A DNA stretch of 64,000 nucleotides from Takakia lepidozioides (GCA_030704615.1 CM060731.1:68944001-69008000), one strand, 5' to 3'. Numbered from the stretch's first letter, positions 13,093-24,153 are shown. Program-made: numbers and translations. The notes: generated by a model not told the origin, from the letters alone.

Positions 13093-13124
<32 letters not shown>
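13093..13124 (+). repeat. G32 homopolymer
   Basis: 32 consecutive G. Shorter C runs occur at 9855-9869 (C15) and 11892-11908 (C17). Confidence 0.95.
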
Positions 13125-14264
13125 CTTATAGAGTTGGATCAAAATGTTATGAGATCCCACCTGGCTACAGATATGCTACATATTATGCAATATGGCGATT
13201 TCTTCATTAGTACTCTGGAGGCCGCATCAATAGTTCTCCAAATCTTGGTGAGAAGATTGATGTCAAAAGGGGGCTCCATGAAAGCCAAGGCATTGCTTTT
13301 CATACACAACTTAAACGTACCTACGCCAAAAATTCATTATGACCCAACCTTGTATACACACACTTTAGGTTAGATATTAATGGCGTTTCATCTTGCATCA
13401 TCTATGTCCAATGGCGATTGATAATGATACATGCTTGTTTTCATCTAACCCTTAATTTCCCAGGTGACCTGAATCGGGTCATTCTGAATTTTCAGTTCTA
13501 CCTATTCTGCAGATCTAATCTGATGGGGCCCACTACTGAATGACAAGGGATTTGTCTCGAGTATGATGCAAAAAAAACAAATTAAGAAAAAACAAAAGCT
13601 ACGACCTACAAAAAAATACCTTAGATCACTCATTTACGTTTTGGCCCTGAAAAGGGCTTGTTGACTGCTGATGTGGCAGGTAAACAAGCCCAAAAGAGTT
13701 TGCACTCCAAAAAGCCATTTTTGGCAGAAAATTAGTAATTTTGTAAAAAACACTTCACCTTGTGGTGTGTGAGCATTACATCACATCCACCGTTGGCTTT
13801 TAAAAAATTTGTAGAAAAAAAAGTACTTCATTTGGAGGCACAATTTCTTCTTGTCATTTTCGAGATTTCAACCCCTATGTAATTGCATGCAAAGCAACTA
13901 TAGGTGAAAAAATCAGTTGGACCTGCAATTTAGTCGGGTCATAGCCACTCCACTATTAATTTGGAAATGGTGGGTCTCGGGGCAAGCAAAAAGCTAGGTT
14001 TTGATTTGGTCAAACCTATTTCTTTCTCATTTTTTCTTTGGGACCTGATATTTGAGGTCCAACGTTATAATCCCACAATTTCCACGGTGGACTTGGCTCA
14101 TTTTTTGGTATGTCATGCATAAATGAGCTGCCCCCTGCTATAAGGCTTGAATCTCTGGATGATTTTTGGTAGGTTTCTAGGGGCAATTTACTGCAGCTGG
14201 GTACCCAAAATTGTTCAAAAGTCCAAAAAGGGCTTGGGAAACTAAGGGTTAAAAACCATCATCC

Positions 14265-14328
14265 TTAAACATTAATCATCATATTTAAACATTAATCATC
14301 ATGTTTAAACATTAATCATCATGTTTAA
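14265..14328. repeat. 20-bp tandem repeat x3
   Basis: Unit TTAAACATTAATCATCATGT repeated three times. Confidence 0.9.
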
Positions 14329-14654
14329 TGTGTCTAGAACCTGTTTAATGCGTCCAAGACCAATCAAACGAAGCCCAAGCCTACTAACTCTCAGTATTCT
14401 ACACTAGCACATAGTCTGAAATGAGAGTCTCTCATGTTAGTTCTACAATGTTATGCTAGGTGGACATTATACTGGTCGCCACCTCTGCACTTAATCCCAA
14501 AAATATTACCCCACATGCACGCCTAGCAAAAATGAAGAAAAAGGGTCCACACTTATGGTTATATAACATTGAGGTCCTCAAGGAGCATATAAGGCAGATA
14601 CAAAAAAAACTACAAAAGTTTCAAGTGGCCATCTCGGCCACTTTCTCATAAAAA

Positions 14655-15126
14655 TTCTAACGATGACCGAAGGTTGGAAGCTAGTTTAGCGTAGAGCAGG
14701 AATAGGGTGCCATAGTGCCACGTCATCGTAGCCACGTCATCGTCGTCGTCAATTTCTTTGGATTCTGCCCGGAATGCCCGCGCGAAATAGGCCAATAGAA
14801 ATCGTCGCGCCAACGTTTTAGGAATTGCCCGCAATGCCCGGATCTTGATCTTCTTGAACTGCAGGAGCTCTGCGTTTTCCGCCATCGTTCACCTTGCAAG
14901 CACAGGCATGGATAGCTGAAGGAGGAGGGATCGAGTGTGGGTCCAAATTCATAGATCGATCCGACATTATCTGACTACAGACACAAGCAGCACACACAAC
15001 AGGTTATTGTCAGGCTGTGTTTCAATCTCTGCCTCCTATTAGTACCATGATTTGGTATTCTTCCTGATATTTACAAGGTTCTTGCGAGAGTCAGCTTGGT
15101 CTTGCCAGGCCGTGTTTCAATCTCTG
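14655..15126 (-). repeat. Inverted paralog of 3511-3770 block
   Basis: Contains the exact reverse complement of 3697-3744 at 14679-14726 and precedes a plus-strand PPR fragment. Confidence 0.85.
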
Positions 15127-15129
15127 CCT

Positions 15130-15460
15130 GCTTAGAGATCCACGCCGACCTTGTTAAAACTGGATTAGCGCTTACTGGAGTCTGCCCTTGTTGACATGTA
15201 TGCCGAATGTGGGAGCATGAACTATGCATGTCAAGTTTCAATAATATGGCAAAATGAAATATTGTCCCTTGGAGTTCAGTGATTGCAGGATGTGCTCTGC
15301 ATGGGTGCAGCAGGGATGTTTTTGAGACCTACGAGCAAATGCAACATGAAGGGGTAAGGTCGAACAGGGTCACGTTCATTTGTGTTCTCAATGCATGTTC
15401 CAAATTTGGAGCCCTGGAAAAGGACAAGCGGGTCCCTGCTGACTTTAGGAAAACTGTTGC
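15130..15460 (+). pseudogene. PLS-class PPR fragment
   Basis: LESALVDMYAECGSM...WSSVIAGCALHGCSRDVFETYEQMQHEGVRSNRVTFICVLNACSKFGALEK, with a frameshift and a stop. Confidence 0.85.
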
Positions 15461-15600
15461 ACATTATATTAGCTTGGACACAATCAAGGCAAAAAGGTGA
15501 ATGTCTGTTGGAAGCAGAAGAAAGTCAGCATAGGAACTAGTGTGATAAGTTTAGGCTGTATGATTATCCTTGCTTATAGCTGCATCCATGAGGTGAAATC

Positions 15601-16037
15601 ATGGAAGCTTCGGACGCAGTCTTTGTGGCATTCACAAAAAATGGACAACTGAGTCGAAATGCTGCTTGTCCATGCGGCTCTGGAAAGAAGTACAAGAGGT
15701 GGGTTCTCGCTCTTTTCACAGCTCCTCTCATCTCTCTGCCCCATTCCAATGGGAGTGTTGTAAGGCGGAGAGAAGCAATGTTTCTGGCTGCTTTATCTCA
15801 CACTCATACTTAAACAGATGGATTTTGTGGCTAGATGAGTCAAATTTCAAACTTAAAGCAAAGCAAGTAGTACTATCAAACATCATGTAGCCTGACAATA
15901 AGCTGGCCGTGCGGCATCTGTGGCTTGAACACTATCTTACAAGCAAAGTATGCTCCAAATATATTGCCTATCCTTTACTAGACCATGACTGGTAAAAATC
16001 TGGGGAGTTCTGTTGCAGGTGTTGTGGGAAGTCATAA
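15601..16037 (+). pseudogene. Orphan last two exons of a SEC-C motif (zinc-binding) protein
   Basis: TKNGQLSRNAACPCGSGKKYKR, then a GT..AG intron (15699-16018), then CCGKS* (stop 16035-16037). Splicing rebuilds a complete SEC-C motif CPCGSGKKYKRCC. No upstream exons are recognisable. Confidence 0.75.
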
Positions 16038-16215
16038 GCTTGGACTTGAAACAAGGAAGTTATGCTGCACAAGCACGCACTTATGAAGAGTTTGTGCTCT
16101 GTTGTGAGGTTAGGTGGCCTCCTGCCGGTTTATCATTTTGGTCACCCACTTTCATTCCAAAGGGACTTTGACAGATGCAACTGGGTCTTTACATCTTTAC
16201 ATCATCACTTCCTCT

Positions 16216-16489
16216 GAGCAAATGATGTGCGAAGGGGTGAAGCCCAACCGCATAACGTTTGTTTGCATTGGCAATGCGTGTGCAAGCCTGGCAACCCTGG
16301 AAAAATGCAAAGAGGTGCATGGTGACATCGTCAAATCTAGAACTGTACCCGATGTCATTCTGAACACTGCCCTGCTGGACATGTATGTCAAATGTGGGAG
16401 CATTGAGGATGGAAAGGGAGTGTTCGACAGTATGGCTGAATGAGATGTGGTGTCGTGGAGTGCGATGATTGCAGGATATGCACAACAAG
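16216..16489 (+). pseudogene. PLS-class PPR fragment abutting the retrotransposon inversion breakpoint
   Basis: EQMMCEGVKPNRITFVCIGNACASLATLEK...[45 protein letters not shown]. The stop at 16441 sits where paralogs have Arg (CGA>TGA). Confidence 0.9.
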
Positions 16490-16504
16490 TATGCGGGACA
16501 TCCG

Positions 16505-17761
16505 GTGATACCGGGATCGGAACCGCCTGCCAAGACACCCTACCAGTTGAGCCACAGGGAGTTGGTCGAGCTGAAGACTCAGCTCAAGGATCTAATGTCA
16601 AAGGGGTACATCCGGCCGAGTAAGTCACCTTACGGAGCCTCGGTGCTATTCGCAGACAAGAAGGATGGGACGCTGCGGATGTGTGTCGATTACAGGGCTT
16701 TGAATAAGGTGACTATTAAAAACCGGTACCCTTTGCCAAGGATCGACGACCTTTTCGACCGGTTGGCAGGAGCGAAGTATTTCAGCCGGATCGACTTGCG
16801 CTCCGGCTATCATCAAATTCGGGTGGCGGAAGGAGATGAGGAGAAGACCGCGTGCAGGACAAGGTATGGTTCATATGAGTTCTTGGTGATGCCTTTTGGG
16901 CTCACCAATGCACCTGCAACCTTTAGCACGCTGATGAACAGCCTTTTTCAGGAGTGGTTGGATGACTTTGTGATCGTGTACATCGACGACATCTTGGTGT
17001 ACTCGAAAACAAAGGAGGAGCACCTGGAGCACCTCAAAAGGGTGTTCCAAAAGTTGCGGGAAGGGAAGCTGTACGCCAAAGCTTCAAAGTGCGAATTCGG
17101 GGTCACGAAAGTGGAGTTCTTGGGGCATGTGATTACACAGGATGGGATCAAAATGGATGACAGAAAGGTGAGGGCGATCTTGGACTGGGAGCCTCCGACT
17201 TCGGTCCCGGGAGTGCGATCCTTCCTAGGACTCGCCTCCTATTACCGGAAGTATGTGAGAAATTTCGCCAAGATCGCGGGGCCGCTGTCGGACCTTCTGT
17301 GTAAATCCAAAGTCTGGGTATGGAACACATTTTGTGGCCAAGCTTTTACTGAATTGAAGCAGCGGATGGCGGAAGCTCCAGTCTTGAAAATCCCGGAGTT
17401 CGATCGTCCATTTGAGATTCATACAGATGCGTCGGACTTCGCGATTGGGGGTGTACTTATGCAAGATGGACGTCCAGTGGCTTACGAAAGTAAGAAACTG
17501 AATGAAGTGGAGCGACGGTGGCCGACGCACGAAAAAGAGATGAAGGCGGTGGTGCACTGTCTTGAGCTTTGGCGCCACTACGTTGGTTCCAACCCAGTGA
17601 AGGTGTTCACGGACAATGTTACGGTGAAGTATTTTGCCACGCAGCCCAAGTTGTCCCCAAAACAACTTAGGTGGCAAGATACTTTGGCGGTGTTTGACGT
17701 GGATATCCAATACAAATTGGGATGTGACAATGTGGTGGCCGATGCTTTAAGTAGAAAGTAG
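16505..17761 (+). CDS. Retrotransposon reverse transcriptase + RNase H (5' end at inversion breakpoint)
   Basis: [37 protein letters not shown] (RT); [12 protein letters not shown]...DALSR (RNase H). Confidence 0.95.
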   Translation: MIPGSEPPAKTPYQLSHRELVELKTQLKDLMSKGYIRPSKSPYGASVLFADKKDGTLRMCVDYRALNKVTIKNRYPLPRIDDLFDRLAGAKYFSRIDLRSGYHQIRVAEGDEEKTACRTRYGSYEFLVMPFGLTNAPATFSTLMNSLFQEWLDDFVIVYIDDILVYSKTKEEHLEHLKRVFQKLREGKLYAKASKCEFGVTKVEFLGHVITQDGIKMDDRKVRAILDWEPPTSVPGVRSFLGLASYYRKYVRNFAKIAGPLSDLLCKSKVWVWNTFCGQAFTELKQRMAEAPVLKIPEFDRPFEIHTDASDFAIGGVLMQDGRPVAYESKKLNEVERRWPTHEKEMKAVVHCLELWRHYVGSNPVKVFTDNVTVKYFATQPKLSPKQLRWQDTLAVFDVDIQYKLGCDNVVADALSRK

Positions 17762-19246
17762 CAGCTCCTATTGGTGTACAGGGGCGAGACGGCGCTCCAA
17801 AGGAAGATCCGGAAGGCTTGCCAGAAGGATGAGCTGGCGAAGTCCGTGATGCAGGACTTGAGGAGGGGGGTTAAATCGCAATTCCACTTGCAAAATGGAC
17901 TGCTCCTGTATAAGCAAAAGCGTCTCTACGTGCCAAAGGGAGGGATCGGAGATAGTCTCTTGAGAGAATGCCATGATAGCCCGCTTGCGGGCCACGGCGG
18001 AGCCAAGCGCACTGCGGCACTCTTGAAGAAAAAGTATTTCTGGCCCAAACTGAGGGAGGAGGCAGAGGAGTATGTCAAGACATGCACCACATGCCAACAA
18101 AACCGGAGCGAGTACAAAAAGCAAGCGGGGCTGTTACAACCCTTGCCGATTCCAGAGGGGACTTGGGAAAGCGTCTCGATGGATTTCATGACTGTTATGC
18201 CGCTGTCAAAAGGATTCGATGCAATCATGGTGGTGGTGGATAGGTTCAGTAAAATGGGCCATTTCATCCCCACTAAGGAGACGGCAACGGTGCAAGAGAC
18301 AGGGCGACTTTACTTCGCCCACGTCTTAAAGCATCATGGAGTCCCGAAGGATATTGTCTCGGACCGCGATCCAAAGTTTACGAGTAAATTTTGGAGGACA
18401 CTTTGGAAGAAGATGGGGACGAGGCTGAAAATGAGCACCGCCTTCCGACCTACAACCGACGGCCAAACGGAAAGAGTGAATTCCGTAGTGAAGCAGATCT
18501 TGCGGAATTACGTGTCGGCAGACCAATCAGACTGGGTGGAACACTTAGACGCAGTAGAGTTTTGTTATAATAACACAGAACACTCCGCAACGGGAGTTTC
18601 TCCTTTCGTATTGGTCTATGGAAAAGCACCTCTGGTGCCGACAAGTTGGGCCACCCAGGACGTTGAGGAACCGACAGTAGCGGCGGTACTGGAAGAACGC
18701 GAGCGTTTGTTGAAGCTCGCAAAGTACAACATTGCCAAAGCTAGGAAACGGTATGAAAGGCAGGCGAATCGGAAGCGGAGGGAAGTGAAGTTTGAGGCAG
18801 GCACGGAGGTCTGGTTGAACATCAAGAATTTCCGACTACCTCCGGAAGTGAGTCCGAAGTTCGTACCTCCATATGCGGGACCCTTTCGCATTCGGAAGGT
18901 TATGAATGAGGATGTATATGAATTGGAGCTGCCGGCAAACAACAAGGTGCACCCAGTATTCCATGTCTCCCTTTTGAAGCCTTACTTCAAAGATGAAGCG
19001 CGTCCGAATCGGCATCAAGTGTTGCGTCCGCCACCTATGTTGTTGGATCATGAAAATGAACCTGAGTACGAGGTGGAGGCAGTACTTAAGTCGAGGAGGT
19101 TCAAGAACCGAGAAACGGAGTATCTCGTCAAATGGAAGGGCTATCATCATGTGGAGGCATCTTGGGTGCGTGCCTCAGAAATGAAAAACGCATCCGAGGC
19201 GATTGCAGCGTTCGAAGGGCGACCTCAAAAGCAGAAGAAGCGTTGA
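17762..19246 (+). CDS. Retrotransposon integrase + chromodomain (in frame with RT after one TAG)
   Basis: HDSPLAGH...CTTCQ zinc finger, SMDFM / SDRDPKF / DGQTERVN DDE core, GPF motif, and C-terminal chromodomain YEVEAVL...YLVKWKGY...ASW. Confidence 0.95.
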   Translation, partial: QLLLVYRGETALQRKIRKACQKDELAKSVMQDLRRGVKSQFHLQNGLLLYKQKRLYVPKGGIGDSLLRECHDSPLAGHGGAKRTAALLKKKYFWPKLREEAEEYVKTCTTCQQNRSEYKKQAGLLQPLPIPEGTWESVSMDFMTVMPLSKGFDAIMVVVDRFSKMGHFIPTKETATVQETGRLYFAHVLKHHGVPKDIVSDRDPKFTSKFWRTLWKKMGTRLKMSTAFRPTTDGQTERVNSVVKQILRNYVSADQSDWVEHLDAVEFCYNNTEHSATGVSPFVLVYGKAPLVPTSWATQDVEEPTVAAVLEERERLLKLAKYNIAKARKRYERQANRKRREVKFEAGTEVWLNIKNFRLPPEVSPKFVPPYAGPFRIRKVMNEDVYELELPANNKVHPVFHVSLLKPYFKDEARPNRHQVLRPPPMLLDHENEPEYEVEAVLKSRRFKNRETEYLVKWKGYHHVEASWVRASEMKNASEAIAAFEGRPQKQKKR

Positions 19247-20140
19247 TGGGGACATCAACCTTGGAGCGTGGGGGAGGAAATGCATGCTTAGCCCCGCTCA
19301 GCTAGCTCAGGAATCCGATTGCAAAAACTTGTATTGTACAAAAATTTGTTATAAAGGAAATGGGTTCCAAATGTTGTGTGTCATATTTTGTTTGGAATGG
19401 TGATGCATGGTGTGGTTGGCTAGTGTGTAGAATGCATGCTAGCTTACAAAAGTGGGAGAGGTAAATTGGGTTAATCGTGTGTTTGCGTAGTGCCGAAATC
19501 GGGTGACTCCCATCCAAGGGGCAAGGAAACATGCGCCTTCTTTGGGAGTTCACGTGCTAGTGCGCACCTGGCGCGTGCGCGTACTATAACTGCGTTACCG
19601 AGGTGGTTGCCTTGTAGTGCGGGCTAACGTGGAAGCTATGTGCTTCCGTTCACGTACTATAATCGTGTAGCCTCGGGACGAAGTCGTAGTGCGGCTTCGA
19701 CGTGTTCCCGTACCTCAGGCCAGCATTCCAAGATGGACCCAATTGTAGTGATTGGGGCGCACGGTTGGTTCAAGGTTATCTTCCTAGTCAAAGGGGGTTC
19801 GAGGTAAACCCTTGCGCAAAGTGATGCCAAAAGCGGCATCAGGAGCGATCGTAAGCAATGTTGTTGCAGTAAGGCGATTCGATCCTCGGGGAGGATCGTT
19901 CCTTGACCTTGAAGAAGGCTAAGAAGAGTGCACTGGGAGGAGCTTGAGAGGCTCCACCCTTGGCCGGGACTTGGAGGAAGTCGGCCGAACTAGCTAGTGG
20001 AGAGTAGAGTCAAGTGTGGGGTTTGGTTCTTTGCCATGGGATGCCTTGGTACGGAAACAAACTCCTTGATGTGGGACGCCACAACTTGGATGTTCGTTTC
20101 TACAAAATGGACAAGTCGATGAGGACATCGACTCCCTGTT

Positions 20141-20152
20141 GGTAGGGGTGTG
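20141..20152 (+). other. Polypurine tract
   Basis: GGTAGGGGTGTG immediately before the TG of the 3' LTR. Confidence 0.7.
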
Positions 20153-20879
20153 TGTCGCGGCCCTTTGCCTTGAGGGCAGGGGGTCGGGACACATGAGGGG
20201 CTGCCCCTGTGGTGGGGGCAGCGGCGGCGATAGGTATGGGGGGCTGAAGCACCCTTGAGTGCCCAAGGCACTCAGGGAAGCGGAGGCGCTCACTAGGTGG
20301 AGCCCCGCACACCGGGTTGCGGTGGGGGTGGCTCCACAAGGGGTGGTGGTAGCTTAGCGGGACTTAGTGGGGGTGGCATAGGACTCACCATGGGGGCGGA
20401 GACCTCGTGGTGGGAGTCGTGGGGAGTCTTGGGACTCATCACGGTCCATAGGGGTCGTGGTGAGTGGGCCAAGACTCACCGCGACTCATCACCGGGAGTC
20501 GAGGGTTTTCGTGGTGGTTCGCCATAAAATGGCATGGCTGGTTGTGAAACCCCCGCGGACAACTACAGAAGTATATATAGGGAGTAGTAACCTCGAGAAC
20601 GGTGCAAGCCCGTTGGTGACCAAAAACTAGTGAGTAAGCGAGCGAGCCGGAAAGCGACCAAAGAGTGGGGAGCTGTTCCGGACTGCCAACTACCAAAGGG
20701 AATTCCCGCTGGTTCCAAATCGGTGGAGGGTTCTTTGGGAGAACAAAGGGGGACCGTTATGCCCCGGTGAGCAGCCGAAGCTCCAAGTTGGCCCGGCGGC
20801 CAGGTTGGGAGTCAGGCGCGCGCATCAAAGCTAGCAACTATGACCTGAATGGGAGCTTACCGAAGTGAGGTGCGCGACA
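20153..20879 (+). repeat. 3' LTR (727 bp)
   Basis: TGTCGCG...CGCGACA termini; TATA-like GTATATATAG near 20571; about 7 substitutions (counted by eye) versus the reverse complement of 22937-23663. Confidence 0.95.
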
Positions 20880-21063
20880 TAATGGGCTACAATTAAAATA
20901 TAGGGAACCTAAGCTTGAAGGGGGCAGAGTGTTTCAAATATGGTATGAGACTACATACATAAGAACTTCAAATCTGATTGCTCGATACTCTGTTCAAATG
21001 TAAGTAGTGTTACAGTGATATAGATATTATGCAGGAGGCAGAGGAGAGCTCACTATTTGTTTT

Positions 21064-22935
21064 AATCTTGTGGTCAACTCCTCTTCGCGGTGGCAAGCCG
21101 CTTGGTAAATCCTCCGGCATCACATCCTGGTATTTCTCCAAAATCCCCTTGATCCAATCTGGGCTCGGCTCCCCATCGCCTTCTCCCTTCACTTCTCTAA
21201 TGTAAAGCAAAAACTGGGGCTCGTGTGCCTCCTCCACGGCCCACTCCCTTGCTGACAGAAGGTTTATTCGCCCTCCCACGGATTTGGGCGTTTCCGACAC
21301 TCGTAAGACCTCGCCACCATTTTCACATGGCAGCGTGACTACTCTCTTGCGGCCATCTATGACCGCTCCGGATTTGCTCAAAAAGGTCATCCCCAAAATG
21401 AGATCCACTCCATCAATCTCGCAGATGGTGAAGTTCTCACGTCCCTCCCAACTCCCCAGTTGAAGAGGAACATCAAACGCCAACCTTGTCGCCAACTGTG
21501 GTTCTCCTTTGGCAGAACGCACCTCAATAGAGGCCCCCACGTCACTTGTCGGGAGTCCCAACTTTCGCGCCGCCGCCGGCGTCATGAAGGAGTGCGACGC
21601 TCCTGTGTCCACCAACAATGACACGTTAGTTCCGGATATTAACCCTTCCACGAACAATAACTGACTCCCTTTACGCAGGGCGCCAGTTTCCTGATACAAC
21701 TCACAAGAATAGTTGCCTACCTTGCAAGTCCTGGCAACCACCGCTTCCACCAAGCGACTGATGGTATCTTCCGACAACTTCGTGGTTGCCTGAGTCATGT
21801 TCAATTGTCGAGGTTTCGTGCACTTCTTGGCCATGTGCCCGGGCTCCCCGCAATTGAAACACACTCCATCAAAGGTCGCCTTCTGTCCGCCATAAGCCGC
21901 TCCACCCGCTTTTCCTTTCGAAGCACCGGGTGCCGCCTTGACGTGTGAAGGCCCTCCCTTTGATTTCCACGTGCCATTGTCGCTGCGTGGCCTATCCCAC
22001 TTCTTTTCCGGTTGGAAGGAGTCACCTTCCCGCCGGGTCTTCTTGTGGTTCAGCTCCGTACGGCTTTGTCTCTCACCCCTAGGGACATCCGAGAAACATT
22101 TAGCCCTCTCAATTGCCTCGTTCAAAGTCTTAGGTGGCTTCTCCTCCAACTTCCGTCTGGCCCATGGGGCCAGTCCCGCCACAAAGTTGAAGACCATTTC
22201 TGGTTCTGCCATGTCCGCGACTTCGAGCAACAGCACATTGAAAGCCTGGACATACCCCCGAATGTCATCTGTTTGCTTCAAATTCCTCATCTTGTCCCGG
22301 GCAAGCCAGGACGTGTTGAGGGGCACAAACTGTCTCTTCATCAATTCCTTGAACCCACTCCAGTTCAAGGTTTTCGGGCTTGGACCTCGGTCGTGAAGGC
22401 GTTTCTGCCACCATTGTTGAGCATAGCCCCTCAAATAGGTGGGAGCCACTTCCACCCGATCCTCGTCACTCAACTTGGCCGCCCGGAAGTACTGCTCTAG
22501 CTCCAGGAGCCAGGTGTTGAGTGCCTTCCGATTTCGGACGCCCTCGAAGGTGCCGGGTTCCTTAGGCTTCACCTTAAACTTTGCCTTAGTGGAAGTGGCA
22601 TTAGCCGCCTTCAACACGTCTTTCAACGTCCCGCCAAACTGCGCCAACAACCCTTCCCAAAAGGCTGCCGGCATGGGAGGCATCTCTTGGTTTGTCGGAG
22701 CTCTCAAGGATTCCTCGGGCTCCGACTCCTCGGATTCCTCCCGCTCTTGAGCGACCTCGTTTTCGGAAACATGCATCGCTTCCTCAAACGGCCGCCTCGG
22801 TGACACGTCGCCCCCATCGGGCTCACCAGGATCATCATCTTTTGGGCCGGTCCGCTTTCGCTTCGGCTTGCCCGACCCCACGATGAGGCCAATCCCAAGG
22901 ACGATCGCGTACTGAACTCTAAGCTCTGATACCAA
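21064..22935 (-). CDS. Retrotransposon gag + aspartic protease (truncated at inversion breakpoint)
   Basis: Retrotrans_gag-like region, zinc knuckle CFNCGEPGHMAKKC and protease LVDTGASHSF. It ends at LPPRRGVDHKI, exactly where the plus-strand [10 protein letters not shown] should follow. The true start is probably an internal ATG. Confidence 0.93.
22923..22934 (-). other. Primer binding site, tRNA-iMet
   Basis: Minus strand TGGTATCAGAGC, 2 nt after the LTR CA end. Confidence 0.93.
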
Positions 22936-22936
22936 G

Positions 22937-23663
22937 TGTCGCGCACCTCACTTCGGTAAGCTCCCCTTCAGGTCATAGTTGCTAGCTTTGATGCGTGCGC
23001 CTGACTCCCAACCTGGCCGCCGGGCCAACTGGGAGCTTCGGCTGCTCACCGGGGCATAACGGTCCCCCTTTGTTCTCCCAAAGAACCCTCCACCGATTTG
23101 GAACCAGCGGGAATTCCCTTTGGTAGTTGGCAGTCCGGAACAGCTCCCCACTCTTTGGTCGCTTTCCGGCTCGCTCGCTTACTCACTAGTTTTTGGTCAC
23201 CAACGGGCTTGCACCGTTCTCGGGGTTACTACTCCCTATATATACTTCTGTAGTTGTCCGCGGGGGTTTCACAACCAGCCATGCCATTTTATGGCGAACC
23301 ACCACGAAAACCCTCGACTCCCGGTGATGAGTCGCGGTGAGTCTTGGCCCACTCACCACGACCCCTATGGACCGTGATGAGTCCCAAGACTCCCCACGAC
23401 TCCCACCACGAGGTCTCCGCCCCCATGGTGAGTCCTATGCCACCCCCATTAAGTCCCGCTAAGCTACCACCACCCCTTGTGGAGCCACCCCCACCGCAAC
23501 CCGGTGTGCGGGGCTCCACCTAGTGAGCGCCTCCGCTTCCCTGAGTGCCTTGGGCACTCAAGGGTGCTTCAGCCCCCCATACTTATCGCTGCCGCTGCCC
23601 CCACCACAGGGGCAGCCCCTCATGTGTCCCGACCCCCTGCCCTCAAGGCAAAGGGCCGCGACA
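22937..23663 (-). repeat. 5' LTR (727 bp)
   Basis: Reverse-complement copy of 20153-20879, followed by the PBS and gag. Confidence 0.95.
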
Positions 23664-24153
23664 CATTATCTCATATCCAAAGACATTCCTGCATACTCAT
23701 GTGGAACCCACCAGTGATCTTCATATAATTTACCTTGTGCCCAACTTGCATACGAGTTTGTTATGCGCTTGACTGTCATTCTGTTTACAATAATGTTTAA
23801 GAGAAACTTAACTAGATCAATCGTGGTGGTTTTGTTTGGACGTTGTGGGGAGATAGACCTTGTGGGGAGACAGTAACTTGGTTGCCTTTCTATGCAACAA
23901 GCGAGTAATGACCAAATTTAGTGCAACAATTTCGGAGAGATTCACAGCCCACAAATATGGTTACAGAGTTCTTTGTAGTTGTGAATCCTTAAATTTCATG
24001 ATAAGCCATCTTTAATCCCCTTCTATACGGAAAGAGGTCCAGCGAGAGAGAGGGAGAGAGAAGCCAAAAAATTGGGGACCACTGAACATGTGACCTTAGG
24101 TGAGGGTGGTTTGCTGTATTGTACATATACTTTTCAGGATATGTACATATGTA

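Larger units (their letters stand above)
16504..23668. mobile_element. Ty3/gypsy chromovirus LTR retrotransposon, complete but split by an internal inversion
   Basis: Two 727-bp LTRs (TGTCGCG...CGCGACA), tRNA-iMet PBS, PPT, gag-PR on the minus strand and RT-RH-INT-chromodomain on the plus strand. The TSD TAATG is at 20880-20884 and, as reverse complement CATTA, at 23664-23668. Confidence 0.93.

Noticed and set aside
15601-16037. Bacterial secA contamination or horizontal transfer
   Set aside because: The SEC-C motif is split by a spliceosomal GT-AG intron and no other SecA sequence is present.
16114-17761. In-frame PPR-reverse transcriptase fusion protein
   Set aside because: The PPR frame (16114..16443) and the RT frame (16469..) differ, and the PPR has a stop at 16441. 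The first 12 aa of the RT ORF are junction-derived.
20297-23519. Pairs of near-identical short ORFs (for example 20297..20527 and 23289..23519)
   Set aside because: These are chance ORFs inside the GC-rich LTRs, duplicated only because the LTRs are.
20153-23663. DIRS-like element with native inverted terminal repeats
   Set aside because: It encodes a DDE integrase with chromodomain and a protease rather than a tyrosine recombinase, has a PBS, PPT and 5-bp TSD, and the repeats do not enclose pol.
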